DNA from: Desulfobacteraceae bacterium UBA2174
GTDB lineage: Bacteria; Desulfobacterota; Desulfobacteria; Desulfobacterales; UBA2174
DNA length: 64,000 bases
Direction of reading: 5' to 3'
Assembly: GCA_002327445.1 (NCBI GenBank)
Contig: DCWA01000022.1
Coordinates: 44,540 to 108,539 of the forward strand
The position numbers and the translations under genes are program-made. The notes under the pieces are model-generated. The model made no database searches. It was not told the origin of the DNA and saw only the letters and a program-made list of their open reading frames with translations. This document shows, piece by piece, positions 52,346 through 61,888 of this stretch; positions within the stretch are counted from its first letter, which is position 1, and each line of letters starts with the position of its first letter.

Positions 52346-53989
52346 ATGAAGATCGGCATCGCACAGATCAATCCGTTGGTGGGGGATTTTGCCGGCAACG
52401 CGGCAAAGATCGTTGGCCGGGCCGAGCAGGCCCGGGGCAGGGGATGCGAGCTGGTGGTATTTTCGGAACTGGTACTTTCAGGTTATCCGCCGCGGGACCT
52501 GCTGGAAAAGGACGATTTCGTGCAGGCCGGTCTTTCCGCGCTGGCTTACCTCGTCTCTCGCATCCAGGGCATCGGGGTGATCCTGGGCTACGTGGACCGC
52601 AACCCGGCGCCGGAGGGCAAGCCGTTGTTCAACGCCGCCGTGTTGTTTGAAAACGGCCGTATTCTGCACAAGGCATTCAAGCGTCTCCTGCCCACCTACG
52701 ACGTGTTCGACGAGAGCCGCTATTTCGAACCGGGAACGGACAATGGCGTGGTGGATTTCAGGGGCCGACGGCTGGCTTTGACGATCTGCGAGGATGTCTG
52801 GAACGACAAGGAGATCTTTGAACGGCCGCTCTACCACAGCGACCCGGTGGCCGCCATGAGCGACGCCGGGGCCGATCTGCTCGTCAACGTGGCCGCCTCT
52901 CCCTTCGACCTGGCCAAACCCGCCTTCCGGGAGCGGATGCTGGCTGCCGCGGCGCGCAAGTATCGCCTGCCGGTGGTCTTTGCCAACCAGGTGGGCGGCA
53001 ATGACAGCCTGGTCTTCGACGGCGCCAGCAGCGCCTTTGATACGGACGGCCGGCTGGTGGCCAGGGCAGGGGAGTTCGTCGAGGATCTGGTGGTGTTCGA
53101 CACCGATGCCTTGAGCGGTGACGTCCGCCCCCAAAGCGCCTCCACCGCCGAAGCCGTTTACCGCGCCCTGGTCTGCGGCACCCATGACTATGTGGCCAAG
53201 TGCGGGTTTTCCAAGGTGGTGATCGGTCTTTCAGGAGGCATCGATTCCGCTCTTGTCGCCTGCATCGCCGCCGATGCCCTGGGGGCCGCCAATGTCCATA
53301 CCGTCTTCATGCCCTCGCGCTACACCTCGCCGGACAACTTCACCGACACCCAATCCTTGGCGGCCAACCTCGGTATTGCGTACCAGGTGATCCCCATCGA
53401 CGACATCTTTGCTGCCTTCGCCCGCTCCCTCTGCCCGGACTTCGACCCCGCCCGTCCGGGCATCACCGAGCAAAATATCCAGGCGCGCATCCGCGGCACG
53501 CTGTTAATGGGGATTTCCAACCGCGACGGGGCGTTGGTCCTGTCCACGGGCAACAAGAGCGAGCTGGCGGTGGGCTACTGCACGCTCTACGGGGACATGA
53601 ACGGGGGCCTGGCGGTGATCAGCGACGTGCCCAAGACGCTGGTCTACGAGATTTCCCGCTACCTGAACCGCCGCGGCGAAATCATCCCCCAGCGCATCAT
53701 CGACAAGGTGCCCTCGGCCGAACTGGCCCCGAACCAGACCGATCAGGACGACCTGCCGCCCTACGATGTGCTTGACCGGATCCTGGAGAGATACGTGGAG
53801 CGGCGCCGGTCCGCAGAGGACCTGGCCGGTGAGGGTTTCGATCGGGCGCTGGTCCAGGATGTGATCCGCCGCATCGATCGCAGCGAGTACAAGCGCCGTC
53901 AGGCGGCGCCGGGCATCAAGGTGACCGCCAAGGCGTTCGGGGAAGGGCGGCGTCTGCCGCTGGCCAAGCGCTTTGTGCCGGTGGCATAG
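52346..53989 (+). CDS. nadE: Glutamine-dependent NAD+ synthetase
   Basis: 547 aa with an N-terminal CN-hydrolase domain (VVFSELVLSGYPP, TICEDVW) plus the C-terminal NAD synthetase motif VIGLSGGIDSA. Confidence 0.92.
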   Translation: MKIGIAQINPLVGDFAGNAAKIVGRAEQARGRGCELVVFSELVLSGYPPRDLLEKDDFVQAGLSALAYLVSRIQGIGVILGYVDRNPAPEGKPLFNAAVLFENGRILHKAFKRLLPTYDVFDESRYFEPGTDNGVVDFRGRRLALTICEDVWNDKEIFERPLYHSDPVAAMSDAGADLLVNVAASPFDLAKPAFRERMLAAAARKYRLPVVFANQVGGNDSLVFDGASSAFDTDGRLVARAGEFVEDLVVFDTDALSGDVRPQSASTAEAVYRALVCGTHDYVAKCGFSKVVIGLSGGIDSALVACIAADALGAANVHTVFMPSRYTSPDNFTDTQSLAANLGIAYQVIPIDDIFAAFARSLCPDFDPARPGITEQNIQARIRGTLLMGISNRDGALVLSTGNKSELAVGYCTLYGDMNGGLAVISDVPKTLVYEISRYLNRRGEIIPQRIIDKVPSAELAPNQTDQDDLPPYDVLDRILERYVERRRSAEDLAGEGFDRALVQDVIRRIDRSEYKRRQAAPGIKVTAKAFGEGRRLPLAKRFVPVA

Positions 53990-54035
53990 GCGGGGCGGGA
54001 TGCGGGAAGTTTCAGGTGTCGGTTTTCGCGTGCCA

Positions 54036-54390
54036 AGAGATCCCTCGTCGCTTGCGCTCCGTCGGGATGACACCTTTTTCAAGTGTCATCCCGAGCGTCA
54101 GCGAGGAATCTGCAGTGGGGAACAAGGCGGGAAGGGGTGGCAGGCAGGGGAGGGCGCGGTGCCATTTTTTTGAACCGCCCGTTCGCTGACGCTCACTCAA
54201 GCCCGCAAAGATCGCAAAGAACCGCAAAGACTTGTTTTTTAGCCCTCCGGGACAACGGAAACCTGCCTTTCATTGCGACCTTGGCGGCCTTGGCGGTTCA
54301 ATTTTTTCGCCCCTCTCCCGCTGTCATTCCGAGCGTCAGCGAGGAATCTGCAGTGGGGAACAAGGCGGGAAGGGGTGGCAGGCAGGGAAG
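54036..54390. repeat. Second cluster of the same REP-like elements plus short tandem repeats
   Basis: 54036-54073 (+ form) pairs with 54083-54150 (inverted form) as a hairpin. 54321-54390 repeats GTCATTCCGAGCGTCAGCGAGGAATCTGCAGTGGGGAACAAGGCGGGAAGGGGTGGCAGGCAGGG almost exactly. CGCAAAGA occurs 3 times (54204-54230) and CCTTGGCGG twice (54279-54296). Confidence 0.9.
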
Positions 54391-54455
54391 CCAAGGGCCA
54401 TTAAATTTTTTGCTCAAGATTATTTAATAAGAAGTATTCCAGGCAATTCCGAAAC

Positions 54456-55406
54456 CTATACTTCATATTTTTTGCCCGGCCCCGCCGCGATGTTGTACAA
54501 CCGCCCCTGGAAGGTTTGCCGCTCTTCCAGGCGAGCGTGGATCAAGCCCAACGTGGCCCGTTTTTGAAGCGCCCAATCCGGTGCCACCAGTTCTTCGGGG
54601 TGGGGGTCCCCGGTGAGGCGCTGGATCACCATTTCCGGCGGCAGGCGTTCGAGAACATCGCAGACCCGGTCCACGTACTCGGCCTGGCCGAGGCACCGGT
54701 ACTCGCCGCTTCGGTAGAGACGCTCCAGCGCAGTCCCCTTCACCACGTAAAGCAGGTGGATCTTGATGCCGTCGAGGCCCAGACTGGCCACGGCCCGGGC
54801 CGTCTGGCACATGTGATCGCCCGTTTCGCCGGGAAGCCCCAGGATGATGTGGGCGCAGGTGAGAATGCCCCGGCCGCGGGAAGCTTCCACGGCCCGGCAG
54901 AAAGTGGCGTAGTCGTGTCCCCGGCGGATGGCCTTCAGGGTGGCATCGTGGATCGACTGCAGGCCATACTCGAGCCACACCATGTATTTAGGGGTGTACG
55001 ACTGGAGCAGGGTCAGCACCTCGTCGTCGACGCAGTCCGGTCGGGTGCCGATGGCCAGGCCCACCACCCCGGGCACGGCCAGGGCCTCTTCGTAGCGTCG
55101 GCGCAGGACCTCGATGGGGGCGTAGGTGTTGGTGAAGGCCTGAAAATAGGCGACAAAGCCCTTGGCCTTGTAACGCCTGGCCATGCTGGCCTTGCCGGCC
55201 TCGATTTGCTCCCGGATGGACAAGCCGCGGGCAAAGGCTCCGGTGCCCGATCCCCGGGCGTTGCAATAGATGCACCCCTGGCGCCCCAGGGTGCCGTCGC
55301 GGTTGGGGCAGGTGAAGCCGGCATCCACAGTGATCTTCTGGATCCGGCACCCGAAATGCTGCCGCAGGAATCGGTTCAGATCATGGTATCGCTTCTCTTC
55401 AGTCAC
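54456..55406 (-). CDS. TIGR01212-family radical SAM protein
   Basis: [44 protein letters not shown] is the characteristic N-terminus with the cluster motif. Confidence 0.85.
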   Translation of the reverse strand: MTEEKRYHDLNRFLRQHFGCRIQKITVDAGFTCPNRDGTLGRQGCIYCNARGSGTGAFARGLSIREQIEAGKASMARRYKAKGFVAYFQAFTNTYAPIEVLRRRYEEALAVPGVVGLAIGTRPDCVDDEVLTLLQSYTPKYMVWLEYGLQSIHDATLKAIRRGHDYATFCRAVEASRGRGILTCAHIILGLPGETGDHMCQTARAVASLGLDGIKIHLLYVVKGTALERLYRSGEYRCLGQAEYVDRVCDVLERLPPEMVIQRLTGDPHPEELVAPDWALQKRATLGLIHARLEERQTFQGRLYNIAAGPGKKYEV

Positions 55407-55451
55407 TTCGCCTCGCTTGACCCGGGTTCGGCGAATCGGATATCAGAGGGA

Positions 55452-55550
55452 GGTTCAAGGTTCAAGGTTGAAGGTTCAGGGTAAAAGAATCAAGGATCAA
55501 GGTTCAAGGTTCAAAGGTCAAGGTTCAGGATTCAAGGTTCCAGGTTCAAA
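55452..55550. repeat. About 14 x 7-bp tandem repeat GGTTCAA (degenerate)
   Basis: Units start at 55452, 55459, 55466, 55473, ... 55543, in the divergent region between the radical SAM gene and mnmG. Confidence 0.9.
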
Positions 55551-55611
55551 GTCTATGGGGCCGACCGGTTACCTTGATCCGTTTTCCAATTTCCAGTTTC
55601 GAGTTTCGATA

Positions 55612-57534
55612 ATGAGCATCCATTCGCGTCGCTTCGACATCATCGTGGTGGGCGCCGGGCATGCCGGCTGCGAAGCGGCCTTGGCCGCCGCCCGCATGGG
55701 GTGCCAGGTGCTGTTGCTGGCCATCGACCTGGACAAGCTGGCCGCCATGCCGTGCAGCCCGTCCATCGGCGGCATGGCCAAGGGGCACCTTGTCAAGGAA
55801 ATCGACGCCCTGGGGGGTGCCATGGCCAAAGCCACCGACCGCTCGGCGATCCAGTACAAGACCCTCAACACCAAGAAGGGGCCGGCGGTCCAGGGGTCGC
55901 GGACCCAGAACGACAAGCAGCTCTACCACCAGGCGATGAAGCGCATCGTCGAGTCCCAGCCGAACCTGGAACTCAAGCAGGCCATGGTGGAGCGCCTGGT
56001 GGTGGAAAACGGGTGCGTGGCGGGGGTCGAGGATGCCACCGGCTACGGTTATGCCGCCCCGGCGGTGGTCCTGGCCACCGGCACCTTCCTCGCCGGGCTG
56101 GTGCATATCGGGTTCAAGGCCATCCACGCCGGCCGGGCGGGGGAGTTTGCCGCCGACGGGCTCGCCGCGGATCTAAAAGGCCTCGGTTTCACCCTGGGAC
56201 GCATGAAGACCGGCACGCCGCCGCGGCTCAAGCGCGCCAGCATCGATTTTTCCCGCTTCGACATTCAGGGCGGCGATGATCGGCCCCGGGCCTTTTCCTT
56301 TTCCGGCGACCCCTCGCCGCTGCCGCAGCTCCCCAGCTACATCGGCCACACCAGCGAGCGGGTGCACCGCATCGTGCGCGAGCACCTGCATCTCTCGGCC
56401 CTTTACGGGGGGCGCATCACCGGGGTCTCGGCCCGCTACTGCCCCTCGTTCGAGGACAAGATCGTCCATTTTCCGGAAAAGGACCGTCACCAGGTGATTC
56501 TCGAGCCAGAGGGGCTGGAGACCGAGGAAGTGTACGCCAGCGGCCTGGGCAACAGCCTGCCCTTGGAGATTCAGCTGGAAGTGGTGCACAGCGTCGAAGG
56601 ACTCGAAGCGGCGGAGATGATGCGGCCGGCCTACGCCATCGAGTACGACTACATCAACCCGTTGCAGTTGCGGCCCACCCTGGAGACCAAACGGGTGGCC
56701 GGGCTCTACCTTGCCGGGCAGATCAACGGCACCTCGGGCTATGAGGAGGCGGCGGCCCAGGGGCTCTGGGCCGGAGTCAACGCCGCCTGCCGCGTGCAGG
56801 GCCGCCCCCCGTTTCTCCTGGACCGCAGCCAAGCCTACATGGCGGTGATGGTTGACGATCTGGTCACCCGGGGCACCCGAGAACCGTACCGCATCTTCAC
56901 CTCCCGGGCCGAATACCGCCTGATGCTCCGCGAGGACAACGCCGACCTGCGCCTGGCGGCCATCGGCTGCGAGCTGGGGCTGGTGGACCCGGAGACCCGC
57001 GACGCGGTGGAAGCGCGGCGTGCCGAGATCCACCGGGAGCTGTCCCGGGTGCGGGCCACGGTAATCCGGCCGGACGAGGCGACCAACGCACACCTGAGCG
57101 CCCGAGGCTCGGCGCCCATCCGCAGCGGGACCTCGCTGGAGCAGCTCCTGCGGCGCGCGGAGCTCGACTACGGCATCGTTTCCACCCTGGCCCCGGCCGA
57201 TCCGGTGCCGGACCCGAGGGTGGCGCGCCAGGTGGAGATCGAGGTGAAGTACGCCGGCTACATCCAGCGTCAACTGGCGGACATCGAACGTTTCAAGCAT
57301 CTGGAAAAGATCATGATTCCGGAGGATTTCGATTATCGCGGCGCCCACGGGCTCTCCAACGAGCTCAAGGGGAAGCTCTCCGAGGTGCGCCCCGCCTCCC
57401 TCGGACAGGCCGCGCGCATCGACGGGATGACCCCGGCGGCCATCGCGGTATTGATGGTGCTGCTCAAGGGGCGGAAGGCGCCTTCCCGGGCAGCGGGCGA
57501 GGCCCAGCCCCCGGCCGCCTCCCCGCCTCATTGA
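55612..57534 (+). CDS. mnmG: tRNA uridine 5-carboxymethylaminomethyl modification enzyme MnmG (GidA)
   Basis: From [30 protein letters not shown]. The 5' extension of the track ORF runs through the repeat array and is rejected. Confidence 0.93.
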   Translation: MSIHSRRFDIIVVGAGHAGCEAALAAARMGCQVLLLAIDLDKLAAMPCSPSIGGMAKGHLVKEIDALGGAMAKATDRSAIQYKTLNTKKGPAVQGSRTQNDKQLYHQAMKRIVESQPNLELKQAMVERLVVENGCVAGVEDATGYGYAAPAVVLATGTFLAGLVHIGFKAIHAGRAGEFAADGLAADLKGLGFTLGRMKTGTPPRLKRASIDFSRFDIQGGDDRPRAFSFSGDPSPLPQLPSYIGHTSERVHRIVREHLHLSALYGGRITGVSARYCPSFEDKIVHFPEKDRHQVILEPEGLETEEVYASGLGNSLPLEIQLEVVHSVEGLEAAEMMRPAYAIEYDYINPLQLRPTLETKRVAGLYLAGQINGTSGYEEAAAQGLWAGVNAACRVQGRPPFLLDRSQAYMAVMVDDLVTRGTREPYRIFTSRAEYRLMLREDNADLRLAAIGCELGLVDPETRDAVEARRAEIHRELSRVRATVIRPDEATNAHLSARGSAPIRSGTSLEQLLRRAELDYGIVSTLAPADPVPDPRVARQVEIEVKYAGYIQRQLADIERFKHLEKIMIPEDFDYRGAHGLSNELKGKLSEVRPASLGQAARIDGMTPAAIAVLMVLLKGRKAPSRAAGEAQPPAASPPH

Positions 57535-57661
57535 CTTGTGCGGCTTGAAGGCTATAGTGTAAAAGTAAACAATTTGATTTGATTGTATATTTTGTTGAAT
57601 CAACCAGCGGACCGGCCGGGGCCGCCCTCGGCGCGGCGCCCATGAACGTGGAACGAAAACG

Positions 57662-58591
57662 ATGGATTACTACGAGCAGCTCGGCGTCAAGAAGGACGCC
57701 ACCGCGGATCAAATCAAGAAGGCCTACCGCAAACTGGCCATGAAGTACCATCCGGACCACGCCAAAGGGGACAAGGAGGCTGAAGAGAAGTTCAAAAAAA
57801 TCAGCGAGGCCTATGCGGTGCTCAGCGACCCGGAGAAACGGAAACAGTACGACGAATACGGGGCCAGCGGGTTCCAGCAGCGCTTCAGCCAGGAAGACAT
57901 CTTCCGGGGCTTCGACTTCAGCGAAATCCTCAAGGAGTTCGGTTTCGGCGGCAAAGCCGGCAACGTGCGGTTCTCCTTCGGCGGCGGATCCCCCTTCGGA
58001 GCCGGGGCCTCGGGCTTCGGTGGCGGTGCGTCACCCTTCGGCGGCCGGGGCCGGCGCCAGGCCGCGCCCAAGGGCTCCGATCTAATCTACGAGCTCGGCC
58101 TCACCATCCAGGAGGTGGCCAAGGGAACCACCAAAACGGTGGCCATCCAGCAGGACCAAAAAGTCGACCGCATCGAGGTGAAGATTCCCAAGGGTCTGGT
58201 GCCGGGGCAAAAATTGCGCCTGGCTGGCAAGGGGGAGCCGAGTCCGTATGGCGGGCCGCCGGGGGATCTGTTCATCCAGCCGTATCTGCTGCCGGATCCG
58301 GTTTTCGAGGTGGACGGCCTCGATCTCACCGTGCAGCGGGACATCAAGCTCACCGAGGCCATTCTGGGCACGACGGTCACCGTGCCGCTCATCGACGGCA
58401 AGACCGTCAGCCTGAAAGTTCCCCCCGGCGTCAACCACAAGACCCGAATGCGCCTGGGAGGCAAGGGGTTGCCAGGGCTCAAGGGCGGCAGCCACGGCGA
58501 CTTGTTTGTCCGCATCCATGTGACCATGCCCAAACAACTGACCGAACAGCAGCGTCAGTGGATCATCGATTTGCAGAATTCGGGATTGTAG
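57662..58591 (+). CDS. cbpA: J-domain co-chaperone without zinc finger (CbpA/DnaJ class II-like)
   Basis: [31 protein letters not shown], a G/F-rich linker and a DnaJ C-terminal domain. No CxxCxGxG repeats. Confidence 0.8.
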   Translation: MDYYEQLGVKKDATADQIKKAYRKLAMKYHPDHAKGDKEAEEKFKKISEAYAVLSDPEKRKQYDEYGASGFQQRFSQEDIFRGFDFSEILKEFGFGGKAGNVRFSFGGGSPFGAGASGFGGGASPFGGRGRRQAAPKGSDLIYELGLTIQEVAKGTTKTVAIQQDQKVDRIEVKIPKGLVPGQKLRLAGKGEPSPYGGPPGDLFIQPYLLPDPVFEVDGLDLTVQRDIKLTEAILGTTVTVPLIDGKTVSLKVPPGVNHKTRMRLGGKGLPGLKGGSHGDLFVRIHVTMPKQLTEQQRQWIIDLQNSGL

Positions 58592-58607
58592 CGTTTCCAT
58601 TTTCTCA

Positions 58608-58645
58608 GGGCTGCCGCCAGTGGATGCCATTGCCGGCGGCAGCCC
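58608..58645 (+). terminator. GC-rich hairpin after the cbpA-like gene
   Basis: GGGCTGCCGCC / GGCGGCAGCCC gives a perfect 11-bp outer stem with no T-tract. A second hairpin (GGCCCC-AACC-GGGGCC) follows. Confidence 0.4.
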
Positions 58646-58968
58646 CGAAACGGAAATGGGCCCCAACCGGGGCCGGGTTTCGATTGTTCCCGCCTTCTTC
58701 GCCGTTTCAACTTTCTCCATCGCGCCGGGTTCTTTTTTTCGCAATTTTCGCCAAAGACGGAACCTCTGTTCATCGCCAACGGGTGGCGGAAGGCATTCCG
58801 GAGATTTCCGGAAAAGCATCTGGATGCACCCTCCTGTCACCCGGACGGAAACGCGGCTGCAGGCTGAGTAACAAGCTAAAATGATTGACAACAGTGCGGC
58901 CAGAAGGTAGGTTTTGATGCCGATGAGGCTGATTTGATCGAACCCGAATACCTCGGCAAGCTCTTGAA

Positions 58969-59517
58969 ATGGCGATGCGGATGCCCGAACTGCTCCCTGT
59001 TCTGGACCAGAAAACCATCGAAAAATTGATCGATGAAACGGCGAAGCGGATTTCGACCGACTATGCCGGTCGGCCACTGGTGCTGATCGGTGTCCTCAAA
59101 GGGGCTTTCATCTTCATGGCCGACCTGGTGCGCCGCCTGACGATTCCGGTGACCATCGACTTTGTCGGCATTTCCAGTTACGGGGACCAGACCGTCAGCT
59201 CCGGCTGCATCCGCCTCACCCGCGACATCGGGATGGATGTCTGCGGCCGGGATGTCCTCATCGTCGAGGATATCGTGGATACGGGGTTGACGCTTGCTTT
59301 TCTCATCGCGCATATCCGGTCCCTGGGGGCTTCCAGCGTCAACGTCTGCGCGCTGCTCGACAAGCGCGCACGGCGCCGGGTGGAAGTGGCGGTGCCCTAT
59401 TGCTGCTACGAGGCCCCGGATGAGTTTCTGGTCGGCTATGGTCTTGATTTCGACGAGCGCTACCGGCAACTGCCGGGCGTTTACCGGCTGCAATTCAACC
59501 CTGAAGGTGCATCATGA
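58969..59517 (+). CDS. hpt: Hypoxanthine phosphoribosyltransferase
   Basis: LIGVLKGAFIFMADLVR and the PRPP motif VLIVEDIVDTGLT. The start could be any of three nearby ATGs. Confidence 0.9.
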   Translation: MAMRMPELLPVLDQKTIEKLIDETAKRISTDYAGRPLVLIGVLKGAFIFMADLVRRLTIPVTIDFVGISSYGDQTVSSGCIRLTRDIGMDVCGRDVLIVEDIVDTGLTLAFLIAHIRSLGASSVNVCALLDKRARRRVEVAVPYCCYEAPDEFLVGYGLDFDERYRQLPGVYRLQFNPEGAS

Positions 59518-61232
59518 TCATCACCTGCGAAAACTGTCACACCAGCTACAACCTGGACGACTCGTTGCTGGACCCGGCCGGATCGCGCGTCCGCTGTACC
59601 AATTGCGGCCATGTGTTCCTCGTTCAGCCGCCCCCGGAGGTTCAACCGCCGGCTGATGATGAACCCGTCGATGCCTTGGGAGAAGGGACCAGCGACCGGA
59701 CTTTCGAGGCGCCGGCACCCGTGGGAACAGAGTCCTCTGAATTCGACTTCCAGCCCCCGGACACGCCCGAACGGGACGAGCGGGACGCGCTGGCCCTGGA
59801 TCTCGACCTGGATCTGGATTTTGGCGAACCGGAGCATGGCGTCGCGGCCAGAACGGATGACCTCGAGGAGCTGGAACTGGACCTGAATCTGGATCCGGAC
59901 CCCGTTGTTGACAGCGGTGCCAAAGAAGCGGTCCAGGCGGCGCCGTCCGATGAAATCGTTCTGCCGGATGAACTCGTTCTGGAAGATATCGAAAAGTTAC
60001 TCCAGATCCAGGAAGCGCCCGGCGCGGTGGAGAAAGCACCCGCGGCCGTCGGGCAGACCGATGTCCTGGAGGGTCTCGATCTGAATCTGGAGCAGCCGGA
60101 GGAAGCGGGTCAAGGCCGGGAGGCCGGTTCGCAAGACAGTGATCTGAATCTGGACCTGGACCTGAATCTGGAGGAAGCGGGAACCCGGGTGGAAGCCCCT
60201 GTCGCCGGTTCGCAGGACCTGGATCTCGATCTGGACTTGAACCTGGAGGAGATCGAGGGGCTGCCGGAGATGGGCTCCGGTGGCGAGGGCGAGCTGGAAT
60301 TGCGCCTGGAGCCGCTGGGCACCGAACCGATGCAGATGGAAACCGAGGTTTTCGAGGAAAAGGGGATCGATCTCGGCGACATCGACCAGATGCTCCACGG
60401 CGATGAAGATGCGATGGAGTCGGAAAAGACCTCGGAGCAGGTCGAGGAAACCGCCGTCGAGATGCCGCCGATCCCGATTGGGCAGGAAACGGCCGAAATC
60501 GCTGCCAATCTGATGCGCACAGGGGAACCAGAAGCGGAGGTCGACGTCTATGGAGAGGAGACCGGAGCACCCCGGGATTCCACCAGTGACGCAGAGATCG
60601 CCAGCCTCGGCCATGCCTACACCCTTCGGGCCTCCACCGAGGTCGATGGACAGACCACGCTGACGGCGGAAACCGAACCGATCACGGCGCCGGAGGCGGT
60701 GGCTGCTCCCGCCGGGCGGAGCCTGGGATGGCTCTGGGTGGTGTTGGTGTTGCTGGGTCTGGCCGGCGGCGGGGTCTACTGGGCCCAGCGGCAGGGAGTG
60801 GACCTCGCCTTTCTATCGCGTCTGGTGGGGAAGCAGGCGGTGGACGAAGCCGGGAACATGAAAATCAGCACCCTGGCCATCGACAGCCGCTTCGTGGACA
60901 ACACTACCGCCGGCCGGCTCTTTGTCATCAGCGGCAAGGTGCGCAATGACTACGACCATCCGCGCAGCCGGATCCAGATCAAGGGGAGTCTTCTGGCCAA
61001 GGGCAAAAAACTGGTGGGCAGCGAGATGGTTTTCTGCGGCAACGTGCTGACCGACCTCGACCTCAACCGGCTGGACGTCATCGAGATCAAAAAGAGGCTC
61101 GCCCTGGACAGCGGCACCGACAATTCCAACCTCGATGTGGCCCCCGGCGGACTGGTGCCCTTCATGGTGGTTTTTTCAAACTTGCCTTCGGATCTGGAGG
61201 AGTTTACCATCGAGGTGGTGTCTTCGCGTTGA
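59514..61232 (+). CDS. MJ0042-type zinc-ribbon protein with acidic repeat region, one TM and a DUF3426-like C-terminal domain
   Basis: MIITCENCHTSYNLDDSLLDPAGSRVRCTNCGHVF, then long D/E/L repeats, a TM (LGWLWVVLVLLGLAGGGVYW), and a C-terminal LFVISGKVRN...VPFMVVFSNLP. Its start overlaps the hpt stop (ATGA). Confidence 0.75.
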   Translation: MIITCENCHTSYNLDDSLLDPAGSRVRCTNCGHVFLVQPPPEVQPPADDEPVDALGEGTSDRTFEAPAPVGTESSEFDFQPPDTPERDERDALALDLDLDLDFGEPEHGVAARTDDLEELELDLNLDPDPVVDSGAKEAVQAAPSDEIVLPDELVLEDIEKLLQIQEAPGAVEKAPAAVGQTDVLEGLDLNLEQPEEAGQGREAGSQDSDLNLDLDLNLEEAGTRVEAPVAGSQDLDLDLDLNLEEIEGLPEMGSGGEGELELRLEPLGTEPMQMETEVFEEKGIDLGDIDQMLHGDEDAMESEKTSEQVEETAVEMPPIPIGQETAEIAANLMRTGEPEAEVDVYGEETGAPRDSTSDAEIASLGHAYTLRASTEVDGQTTLTAETEPITAPEAVAAPAGRSLGWLWVVLVLLGLAGGGVYWAQRQGVDLAFLSRLVGKQAVDEAGNMKISTLAIDSRFVDNTTAGRLFVISGKVRNDYDHPRSRIQIKGSLLAKGKKLVGSEMVFCGNVLTDLDLNRLDVIEIKKRLALDSGTDNSNLDVAPGGLVPFMVVFSNLPSDLEEFTIEVVSSR

Positions 61233-61267
61233 TGCGGATTTGACTCCCATTCAATGGGGCTTTCCCC

Positions 61268-61296
61268 TTGACTTGAAACCGGCGGCTTGCTAAAAA
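61268..61296 (+). promoter_or_regulatory. Sigma-70-like promoter TTGACT-N17-TAAAAA upstream of the tRNA
   Basis: Hexamers and the 17-nt spacer counted directly, about 36 nt upstream of the tRNA 5' end. Confidence 0.45.
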
Positions 61297-61331
61297 CCCC
61301 TTTTTACTCGGCGGCATCATCCGCCTGCCTT

Positions 61332-61408
61332 GGCGATGTAGCTCAGTTGGTCAGAGCATGCGGCTCATATCCGCAGTGTCCGGGGTTCAATTCCCTGCAT
61401 CGCCACCA
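61332..61408 (+). tRNA. tRNA with CAT anticodon (elongator tRNA-Met; tRNA-Ile2/lysidine not excluded)
   Basis: Folded the cloverleaf by hand: acceptor GGCGATG/CATCGCC, D arm GCTC..GAGC, anticodon arm TGCGG-CTCATAT-CCGCA, T arm CGGGG-TTCAATT-CCCTG, encoded CCA. The G1:C72 pair argues against an initiator. Confidence 0.9.
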
Positions 61409-61417
61409 GATACCAAT

Positions 61418-61456
61418 AAGCCTCGTAATCTTAACCGGTTACGAGGCTTTTCTTTT
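61418..61456 (+). terminator. Rho-independent terminator after the tRNA
   Basis: AAGCCTCGTAA / TTACGAGGCTT gives a perfect 11-bp stem followed by TTCTTTT. Confidence 0.8.
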
Positions 61457-61888
61457 GGGCCGGGTGCGTCTGGGGTGCAGTTTTGTAATTTCGGCGGTAA
61501 AGCCCTTTTGTGGCCGCGTTGGGTCAGATGGCACATCTGCCCGGGAATGAAATGGCGGTTTGCTTGTGCCATGGCTCAGATTCCTTCAGCTACGTTTTCA
61601 ATGCCAAAAACAGGCCTATAGGGGTCATTTTGGGCTGTTTGTAACGGATAGTGACTGAAATATCAGGATATTGGCATGGTCCGACCCCTTTCAAGAGAGT
61701 CTTCGACCTCCAGGGCGTCGTAGGCAGCCGCCGCCTCGTCGTTCAGCCCAAGCTCCTTTCAAAAATTTCGGCCCGGGCGATCGGATCTTCGATCACCCGG
61801 GCCGTCTGAATGACACACCTGTTCAAAATGCCGATTCAATCTGGTTGACCCGCCTCACCGGCAAGATTGAACCGGCGGGCGGATCCTT

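Noticed and set aside
51694-52364. ORFs of 127-179 aa on both strands between the adhesin gene and nadE. Likewise 53973..54427 downstream of nadE.
   Set aside because: They are built from the REP-like palindromic elements, giving repeated LLGMTGG / IPSVGEESA peptides, and overlap each other in several frames.
55270-55611. 5' extension of the mnmG ORF.
   Set aside because: It runs through the radical SAM gene start and the GGTTCAA repeat array. The canonical MnmG N-terminus ([15 protein letters not shown]) begins right after ATG 55612.
55407-55611. Replication origin next to mnmG (gidA).
   Set aside because: I found no TTATCCACA-type DnaA boxes and no dnaA/dnaN nearby. The region is dominated by the heptamer repeat.
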